5,665 bases of DNA, from the IMG/VR virus record IMGVR_UViG_3300045988_003672, positions 1-5,665 of that record; one strand, written 5' to 3'. Of this stretch, positions 1 through 4,283 are shown piece by piece. Source of the DNA: a virus. Position 1 is the stretch's first letter; every line of letters starts with the position of its first letter. The translations under genes were made by a program, and so were the position numbers. The notes under the pieces were generated by a model. It worked only from the letters and a program-made list of their open reading frames with translations. It made no database searches and was not told the DNA's origin.

Positions 1-55
1 AGCAATCCTCAACAAAGAAATCTATGCACAGGGCAACACGACAGATGAAGAGGCA
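1..55. repeat. Terminal redundancy (copy 1), identical to 5611-5665. This is the overlap left when a circular genome or contig is linearised.
   Basis: Direct reading shows agcaatcctcaacaaagaaatctatgcacagggcaacacgacagatgaagaggca at both ends. The repeat lies inside the capsid reading frame and preserves it. Confidence 0.95.
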
Positions 56-340
56 TTCGGCTATCAGGAAGCATGGGCCGACTACCGGTATAAACCGAGC
101 AAGGTTACCGGACTGTTCCGAAGCAACGCACAACAGAGTCTCGATGCATGGCACTATGCACAGGACTACGACGCACTGCCCACGCTGAGTACGGCATGGA
201 TGGAGCAGAACGATACCGAAATGAAGAGAACACTTGCGGTACAGTCTCAACCAGACTTTATCGCAGACTTCTACTTTATGAACAAAACAACCAGATGTAT
301 GCCGGTGTACAGCATTCCCGGCCTCATCGACCATCACTAA
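1..340 (+). CDS. Major capsid protein VP1 (F-like), C-terminal part. It continues from 5665 across the circular junction. Base 1 is the third base of a codon, the in-frame codons start at 2, and the stop TAA is at 338-340.
   Basis: The frame from base 2 is open to TAA 338-340. It reads [39 protein letters not shown]...[15 protein letters not shown], a typical Microviridae VP1 C-terminus. It is contiguous in frame with 4280..5665 once the 55-nt duplicate is collapsed. Confidence 0.9.
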   Translation, partial: AILNKEIYAQGNTTDEEAFGYQEAWADYRYKPSKVTGLFRSNAQQSLDAWHYAQDYDALPTLSTAWMEQNDTEMKRTLAVQSQPDFIADFYFMNKTTRCMPVYSIPGLIDHH

Positions 341-351
341 AGAAAGGAGAC

Positions 352-379
352 AGCCGGGGACAAAACCCCGGCTATTTTT
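352..379 (+). terminator. Rho-independent terminator downstream of VP1.
   Basis: An 8-bp GC-rich stem pairs agccgggg (352-359) with ccccggct (366-373). The loop is acaaaa and the stem is followed by aTTTTT (374-379). It starts 12 nt after the VP1 stop. Confidence 0.75.
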
Positions 380-383
380 GAAA

Positions 384-1238
384 ATGGCAATACCAGCCTT
401 TTTAGGAGCCTTATCAACAGGCGCGAAAATACTGGGCGGAGTAAGCGGCCTCATAAACGCCGGAACAGGCATCTTTAACGCACTCAAAGGCACATCAGGC
501 AGTGGCAGCACATCAGCCGACAGTTACAACAGCGCACACGGCGAAGGCGGCTCTAGCATGACCAGCGAAAGCGGAGTAAACATGGACCAGACAAAAGAGC
601 TGGCAAAATACTTTCTGGGGCAGAGCCAACAAGCACAGGGCATGCAGAGCATGCAAAACAACAAAAACTCTCTCCTGGCACTGGGCTTAAACACTCTGGG
701 AGCTATCCAGCAGGGCGTTTACAATCGTATCCAGCAGGACGCGGCAATGTCCTACAACTCCGCAGAGGCAGCAGCTAACAGAGCGTGGCAGGAGCGTATG
801 AGTAACACAAGCTATCAGAGGGCAATGGCCGACATGAAAAAAGCCGGCTTAAATCCAATACTGGCGTATCAGCAGGGCGGAGCAAGCACACCGGGAGGAG
901 CACAAGGCACAATCGGGCAAAGCAGTATGAGCGCGCCGAGTGTCGGAACACAGTCGGCAAGTATGCCGACAATCTCCGGCACAACCGCAAACTACTCGAA
1001 AACCAAAGCGGAAAGTTGGAACTGGACAGACTCAAGCGGAGAAATGCACAGTAGCGGTTACAACAGCTATCAGACGGACTTTCCAGACTTAACCGGATGG
1101 CTCAACCAAAACAACAACAGCGGCAAAAAAGCCGGAAGCAACACGGTGGACGCGCTAAGCGGAGCTGACCACAAAGCAAAAAGCGGCAAAGTGCCAAATC
1201 TTAATCCGATGAACAAATATATTAACGGAGGTAAATAA
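384..1238 (+). CDS. VP2 minor capsid / DNA pilot protein (H-like), 284 aa from ATG 384. The ORF track starts it at TTG 378.
   Basis: The N-terminus is Gly-rich and hydrophobic ([31 protein letters not shown]). The conserved gokushovirus VP2 core [29 protein letters not shown] is present. The rest is Gln/Ser/Asn-rich low complexity. The gene sits directly after VP1, as in Gokushovirinae. Confidence 0.8.
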   Translation: MAIPAFLGALSTGAKILGGVSGLINAGTGIFNALKGTSGSGSTSADSYNSAHGEGGSSMTSESGVNMDQTKELAKYFLGQSQQAQGMQSMQNNKNSLLALGLNTLGAIQQGVYNRIQQDAAMSYNSAEAAANRAWQERMSNTSYQRAMADMKKAGLNPILAYQQGGASTPGGAQGTIGQSSMSAPSVGTQSASMPTISGTTANYSKTKAESWNWTDSSGEMHSSGYNSYQTDFPDLTGWLNQNNNSGKKAGSNTVDALSGADHKAKSGKVPNLNPMNKYINGGK

Positions 1239-2261
1239 ATGAGCTGCGCAAGACCACTCATCAGAGTATACAATCCAAATGACCACAACATAACAGGGTC
1301 AATCATGACTCTGGAAACGTACCGCGAAAGAACACACAATCCAACAGCAACTTATGAGAGTATCGCATACCGAACAGACGTAATGCTCCTACCATGCGGT
1401 AAATGTCTCGGGTGCAGACTCAGACAACGACAAGACTGGGAAACAAGAATGCTAATGGAGTCAAAAACACTAACGCCAGTGTGGTTTTTGACCCTAACGT
1501 GGAATCAAGAATATGTGCCGGGTATGGTAAGAGCAACAGGCGAAATCATAAGAGGTGCAGTACATCAGTGGACGACCGGAGACGCACCGGAAGTGGTGCA
1601 AATTCTCCTACAAGAGGACATGGTACGCTTTAACAAGAGGCTGAGGAAAAAACAAGAAACGTCCAATAAATGGGGCTTAGACCTGAGATATTTTTACTGT
1701 GGCGAATACGGCGAAAACACGGGAAGACCACATCATCACGGCATTTATTATGGTTTGGAGATACCAGACCTCAAGAAAAAAAGGGGTGATAATCCGTACT
1801 TCGAAAGCGAAGAGATAAACAAAATATGGGGCATGGGTAACGTCATCATCGCAGAGGCATCGCCGGAAACGATGGCTTATGTAGCAGGATATGTAACCAA
1901 AAAGACATACGGCAACGACAACAAAAGGTATAGGGAGTTAGGTTTAACACCGCCGTACTGTTGTATGTCAAGGAATCCGGGTCTGGGCTATGACTACTAC
2001 ACGAGCCATAAAGAGCAGATGTACGCAGATGATGGGCTATACTTTAACGGTAAAAAAAGGCCAATACCGAGGTACTTTGATAAAAAGTATGAGAGTGAGC
2101 GGCCAAAAGAGCTATGGGAGACAAAGCGCAAGAGACAAGAGAGTGCAATCAATGCACTAAAGCTCAAAATGAGCAATACAGGGCTGACCATCGAACAGGA
2201 AGCAAAGGTAGAAGAAGAGACAAAACGACAGAGGTTTAGAAAAGCCAGAGGGCTATTATAG
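1239..2261 (+). CDS. VP4 replication initiation protein (HUH rolling-circle endonuclease), 340 aa.
   Basis: The start abuts the VP2 stop (TAAATG) and GGAGG at 1227-1231 lies 7 nt upstream. Motifs seen: N-terminal MSCARPL, Cys cluster PCGKCLGCR, motif 1 FLTLT (1485-1499), HUH-type PHHHG (1728-1742), and the two-tyrosine motif YVAGYVTKK (1878-1904). Confidence 0.92.
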   Translation: MSCARPLIRVYNPNDHNITGSIMTLETYRERTHNPTATYESIAYRTDVMLLPCGKCLGCRLRQRQDWETRMLMESKTLTPVWFLTLTWNQEYVPGMVRATGEIIRGAVHQWTTGDAPEVVQILLQEDMVRFNKRLRKKQETSNKWGLDLRYFYCGEYGENTGRPHHHGIYYGLEIPDLKKKRGDNPYFESEEINKIWGMGNVIIAEASPETMAYVAGYVTKKTYGNDNKRYRELGLTPPYCCMSRNPGLGYDYYTSHKEQMYADDGLYFNGKKRPIPRYFDKKYESERPKELWETKRKRQESAINALKLKMSNTGLTIEQEAKVEEETKRQRFRKARGLL

Positions 2262-2266
2262 TGTCA

Positions 2267-2303
2267 GTGGGCCTAATCCTATCAAGGAGAGGATTAGGCC
2301 CAC
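2267..2303 (+). other. Perfect 14-bp stem with a 9-nt loop immediately after rep. It is a candidate origin or ssDNA structural element, or a terminator lacking a T-tract.
   Basis: gtgggcctaatcct (2267-2280) pairs perfectly with aggattaggcccac (2290-2303). The loop is atcaaggag. It begins 6 nt after the VP4 stop and no U-tract follows. Confidence 0.7.
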
Positions 2304-2347
2304 ACCCAAGCTTCACAGTTATCCATGGTTAACTTAAATAATCTGAC

Positions 2348-2371
2348 AAGGGGGGACAAAAGTCCCCCCTT
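2348..2371 (+). other. 10-bp G6/C6 hairpin, followed by a second small G/C hairpin at 2380-2393.
   Basis: aaggggggac (2348-2357) pairs with gtcccccctt (2362-2371) around the loop aaaa. The hairpin shares the 10-mer ggggacaaaa with the VP1 terminator hairpin (356-365 and 2352-2361). gcccc/ggggc at 2380-2393 forms a 5-bp stem. Confidence 0.65.
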
Positions 2372-2432
2372 GCGTGTACGCCCCCCAAGGGGCTACCGCA
2401 GAAAAACGGAGTTACGAGCTATAACATACAGG

Positions 2433-2468
2433 CATACGCGCACGCGCGAAACACGCACGCACGCACGC
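2433..2468. repeat. Alternating pyrimidine-purine CG/CA tract including (ACGC)4, bracketed by a 7-bp inverted repeat and followed by a T-run.
   Basis: catacgcgcacgcgcg (2433-2448) and cacgcacgcacgcacgc (2452-2468) both alternate Y-R strictly. tacaggc (2427-2433) pairs with gcctgta (2467-2473), and attttttatttt follows. Confidence 0.7.
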
Positions 2469-2528
2469 CTGTATTTTTTATTTTATAATATAACTTGTTG
2501 TAGCCGTAGTAATAGGGGCTGTGGAAAA

Positions 2529-2712
2529 GTTGAAAACCATAAATTTGAAACGCAACATCATAAAAAAAAAGAATATTTCATTGTTGAAAGATTTGTTAAA
2601 AACTTGTTGAAATGTTGAAACACTTTACCAGGCTAAAATCTATTGCGTATAACGATGTTGAAAAGTATGTTGAAAATGTTGAAAAGCATAAACTTTCCAC
2701 AAAGTGTTGAAA
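2529..2712 (+). repeat. Iteron-like array of 8 same-orientation copies of GTTGAAA, 7 of them as TGTTGAAA(A), in an AT-rich block.
   Basis: The exact copies are at 2529-2536, 2582-2589, 2605-2612, 2613-2620, 2656-2664, 2668-2676, 2677-2685 and 2704-2712. Degenerate copies are TTGTTGtag 2495-2503, TTTGAAA 2544-2550, TGTTaAAAA 2594-2602 and TTTGAAt 2714-2720. An A9 tract lies at 2562-2570. I did not find the exact 7-mer anywhere else in the window. Confidence 0.85.
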
Positions 2713-2723
2713 ATTTGAATTAA

Positions 2724-2813
2724 AGGCAGTCCGACGAGCGAAACCGGAAAGTCACGTCATGCTCTTCGCACGGCGCACCGCGCCTACCGCATGACATTCA
2801 AGGCAAAGTCCGA
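2724..2813 (+). other. GC-rich structured island with nested inverted repeats, flanked by an imperfect direct repeat.
   Basis: gtcatgc (2756-2762) pairs with gcatgac (2789-2795). This encloses ggcgc (2772-2776) paired with gcgcc (2780-2784). The flanks are aggcagtccga (2724-2734) and aggcaaagtccga (2801-2813). A T7 run lies at 2820-2826. Confidence 0.5.
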
Positions 2814-2836
2814 TAAAACTTTTTTTCAAAAACCTC

Positions 2837-2865
2837 TTGACAAAATAGAAAAAGTATGGTATAAT
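2837..2865 (+). promoter_or_regulatory. Consensus sigma70-type promoter with an extended -10 element.
   Basis: TTGACA (2837-2842) is followed by a 17-nt spacer ending in TG (2857-2858), then TATAAT (2860-2865). The upstream flank is A/T-rich (aaaactttttttcaaaaa). The predicted transcription start is near 2872, ahead of the SD agagagg (2876-2882) and ATG 2891. Confidence 0.8.
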
Positions 2866-2890
2866 GCAAACAGAAAGAGAGGTAAGAACC

Positions 2891-3076
2891 ATGAAAGCAA
2901 GATCCTTATGGCACCTCAGTCCTGAGGCCATCAAAGAGCTGTACGAAATCGGAATCTACGATACAAAAAAGTACAGGTACGTACAAGACAAGTGCGACGG
3001 CGAAATATACCGCATCGAAAAAGACCTCTTAGGAACAACAGAAGCACTCGACCCGGAAAACTGGATAAAGCAGTAA
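2891..3076 (+). CDS. Hypothetical small protein (61 aa), first gene after the consensus promoter.
   Basis: MKARSLWHLSPEAIKELYEIGIYDTKKYRYVQDKCDGEIYRIEKDLLGTTEALDPENWIKQ. The SD agagagg lies 8 nt upstream. The ATG at 2864 used by the ORF track sits inside the -10 box, upstream of the predicted transcription start, so it is unlikely to be used. I recognise no family. Confidence 0.55.
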   Translation: MKARSLWHLSPEAIKELYEIGIYDTKKYRYVQDKCDGEIYRIEKDLLGTTEALDPENWIKQ

Positions 3077-3117
3077 AAGAGGGATTGACAAGCCCCTTTT
3101 TCAAATACAACAAAAGC

Positions 3118-3135
3118 AAAAAAAAAGGGGGGGGG
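3118..3135. repeat. A9G9 double homopolymer in the leader of ORF 3141..3347.
   Basis: There are nine A (3118-3126) followed by nine G (3127-3135), then ataaa and ATG 3141. The A/G junction reads as an extended SD-like AAGGGGG. Confidence 0.9.
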
Positions 3136-3140
3136 ATAAA

Positions 3141-3347
3141 ATGTACGATAGAGCATATTATGAGCTGTATAAAGGATACAGAGGGCCAGAAACACCAGAC
3201 GAATGTGAATACTTCATTCGAAAGCTTTACAGGCAGCTCAAAAGAGCGTATACTGTAGAGGAGGCGAAAGCCATCATAGAAGAAATTTACAAATACAAAG
3301 GCCAAAAGGCAGAAATGGAGTTGAAGCAATGGCAATCATCAGTGTGA
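3141..3347 (+). CDS. Hypothetical small protein (68 aa), predicted helical and rich in Tyr, Lys and Glu.
   Basis: MYDRAYYELYKGYRGPETPDECEYFIRKLYRQLKRAYTVEEAKAIIEEIYKYKGQKAEMELKQWQSSV. The purine-rich SD ends 5 nt before the ATG. I recognise no family. Confidence 0.55.
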   Translation: MYDRAYYELYKGYRGPETPDECEYFIRKLYRQLKRAYTVEEAKAIIEEIYKYKGQKAEMELKQWQSSV

Positions 3348-3472
3348 AGGAAATCAAGAACGCCATCAAAATCATGATGGACATTCTCGAGAAGCTGGAC
3401 GAAATTTATCACGCGCTGCACGACAAGGAGGATGACAGCAATGGCAAAACGCACGAAGATGACCAGCAGTAA
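3329..3472 (+). CDS. Possible small acidic protein (47 aa). It falls below the ORF-track size cutoff.
   Basis: MAIISVKEIKNAIKIMMDILEKLDEIYHALHDKEDDSNGKTHEDDQQ*. GGAG (3317-3320) lies 8 nt upstream. The ORF overlaps the end of the previous ORF by 19 nt and the start of the next by 32 nt, which fits microvirus-style packing. Confidence 0.35.
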   Translation: MAIISVKEIKNAIKIMMDILEKLDEIYHALHDKEDDSNGKTHEDDQQ

Positions 3473-3560
3473 AGACAAAAAGGTCTTTACCCAGACGGCA
3501 AAAAAGACAAAAGCCGTCAACGTCAGCCCGAAGAACATGAGAGGAGGCACCAGACTGTAA
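3441..3560 (+). CDS. Small basic DNA-binding/packaging protein (J / VP8-like), 39 aa. Not in the ORF track.
   Basis: MAKRTKMTSSKDKKVFTQTAKKTKAVNVSPKNMRGGTRL*. It is Lys/Arg-rich and ends in the ...MRGGxRL pattern typical of gokushovirus ORF8-type proteins. AAGGAGG (3425-3431) lies 9 nt upstream. Confidence 0.7.
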   Translation: MAKRTKMTSSKDKKVFTQTAKKTKAVNVSPKNMRGGTRL

Positions 3561-3802
3561 TGCTGAGACATTATTATGCAATCTATGACAAGGTGGCCAA
3601 GACCTTCAGCGGCCTTTTCGAGCAGCAGAACGATGCAGTTGCAAGCAGGCTCTTCGAAAGCCAGCAGAAGAACAAGGACAGCTTTATCAGCGTCAAGCCG
3701 GAAGACTTCCAGCTGCACTACATCTGCACCATGGAGGACGAGACCGGCGAAATCGTCGATAACGTCAACACGTGCGTATGTGAGGGCAAACCCAATGAGT
3801 GA
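3560..3802 (+). CDS. Conserved gokushovirus non-structural protein (VP5-like), 80 aa.
   Basis: The start overlaps the previous stop (TAATG). The pattern YAIYDKVAKTFSGLF..ND.VA.R.F....K.S....PEDFQL..I....DETGEI matches the small protein found between VP4 and VP3 in many gokushoviruses, as I recall it. Confidence 0.6.
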   Translation: MLRHYYAIYDKVAKTFSGLFEQQNDAVASRLFESQQKNKDSFISVKPEDFQLHYICTMEDETGEIVDNVNTCVCEGKPNE

Positions 3803-4283
3803 GTTTCGGAGCGCGTACAGCGGACAGGTAAGACATACGAGCCTGACCGGCAACGGCCGTGAACCTGAGTATGAGTACAAGGTAACGGAAGAAGGCCGGG
3901 AGCTGGTAAAAACCGGCGAAACAGACGTCTATGCACTCATCCAGAGCCGTCTGGATGAAACCAAAATCGAAAACATCATCAAGCGGGCAACATACGACCC
4001 GACTGCACTGGGCAGTCAGGACTGGCAGACCAGCGAGACGATAACCGATATTTCGGACGCGCCGACAAACTATCACGAGTGGTATGGGCGTATCAAAGAC
4101 GCGGAAGCGGAGTTTGACAAGCTGCCCATCGAAATCAAAAACAAGTGGGACAACGATGTGGAAAAATACATCATGGCCTACGGAACCCAAGAGTGGGCAG
4201 ACAAAATGGGCATAGCAAAGCAGAAAGCCGAGGCAGAAAAACCGGCTGAAAAACCGGCTGAAAAAAGTGAGGTGAAAGAATGA
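3795..4283 (+). CDS. VP3 internal scaffolding protein, 162 aa from ATG 3795. The ORF track extends this frame upstream to 3576.
   Basis: MSEFRSAYSG...DISDAPTNYHEWYGRIKDAEAEFDKLPIEIKNKWDNDVEKYI... matches the conserved VP3 core (AE.EFDKLP.EIR.KFDND.EKF). GAGGG lies 8 nt upstream. The stop overlaps the VP1 start (ATGA, 4280-4283). Confidence 0.8.
   Translation: MSEFRSAYSGQVRHTSLTGNGREPEYEYKVTEEGRELVKTGETDVYALIQSRLDETKIENIIKRATYDPTALGSQDWQTSETITDISDAPTNYHEWYGRIKDAEAEFDKLPIEIKNKWDNDVEKYIMAYGTQEWADKMGIAKQKAEAEKPAEKPAEKSEVKE
4236..4266 (+). repeat. 12-nt tandem repeat (2.6 copies) encoding (EKPA)n at the VP3 C-terminus.
   Basis: gaaaaaccggct occurs at 4236-4247 and 4248-4259, followed by gaaaaaa at 4260-4266. 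The protein reads AEKPAEKPAEKSE. Confidence 0.85.

Noticed and set aside
1-55. The terminal direct repeat as a biological LTR, DTR or transposon end.
   Set aside because: The repeat lies inside the capsid ORF and restores a continuous 556-aa frame when collapsed, so it is a circularisation artefact.
148-381. Alternate-frame + strand ORFs nested inside known genes: 148-381, 1403-1633, 4636-4863 and 5253-5435. Also the alternate-frame + strand ORF 2992-3258, which runs from the first accessory ORF across the A9G9 leader into ORF 3141-3347.
   Set aside because: Their products are basic, low-complexity off-frame translations with no SD and no transmembrane segment, so they do not resemble an E-like lysis protein. 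Overprinting cannot be excluded in Microviridae, but nothing in the sequence supports it.
2484-2489. TATAAT at 2484-2489 as a promoter -10 element.
   Set aside because: There is no -35-like hexamer at an appropriate spacing (the upstream sequence is the ACGC repeat) and no downstream gene with an SD. The hexamer is expected by chance in AT-rich DNA.
2325-2618. A 97-aa + strand ORF in the intergenic region.
   Set aside because: It reads straight through the G/C hairpins, the (ACGC)n microsatellite (giving RTRETRTHAR) and the iteron array. It has no SD, and its composition changes abruptly along its length. It is better explained as non-coding structured DNA.
2582-2690. A dif-like XerC/D site. 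TATGTTGAAA and TTTGTTAAAA resemble the XerD arm TTATGTTAAAT of E. coli dif.
   Set aside because: I found only a one-arm resemblance (8 of 11 positions, or a match requiring an inserted G). I could not find a partner XerC arm (xxxCATAA) at a 6-bp spacing, so no complete 28-bp bipartite site is present. This remains worth a formal motif scan but is not supported by eye.
2529-2712. The possibility that the repeat array is a CRISPR array or a tandem satellite.
   Set aside because: The repeat units are only 7-9 nt and the spacings are irregular (8-53 nt between starts, with some copies abutting). There are no CRISPR-sized repeats or spacers, and no cas genes could fit in a 5.6-kb genome.
3085-3113. 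A second TTGACA as an independent promoter for ORF 3141.
   Set aside because: No acceptable -10 hexamer lies 16-18 nt downstream. The best candidate is TACAAC with a 15-nt spacer. The TTGACA may simply be the loop of the hairpin after the previous ORF.
3576-3794. ATG 3576 as the true VP3 start, giving the 235-aa ORF-track model.
   Set aside because: The recognisable VP3 homology begins at MSEFRSAYSG (ATG 3795), which has its own SD. The 73-aa extension overlaps the VP5-like gene completely and looks like off-frame sequence. It is kept as a low-interest finding only.
3287-3880. A 197-aa minus-strand ORF, together with the other minus-strand ORFs at 775-1035, 1070-1339, 1997-2191, 2931-3335, 2956-3195, 3372-3581, 3718-3936, 3765-4310, 4171-4392, 4963-5268 and 5015-5296.
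   Set aside because: Each lies antisense to a well-supported + strand gene, and the longest spans several + strand genes. Their products are low-complexity and rich in Leu, Phe, Arg and Cys, and none has a convincing SD or promoter. Microviridae transcribe one strand only. Their openness is most simply explained by codon bias on the sense strand.
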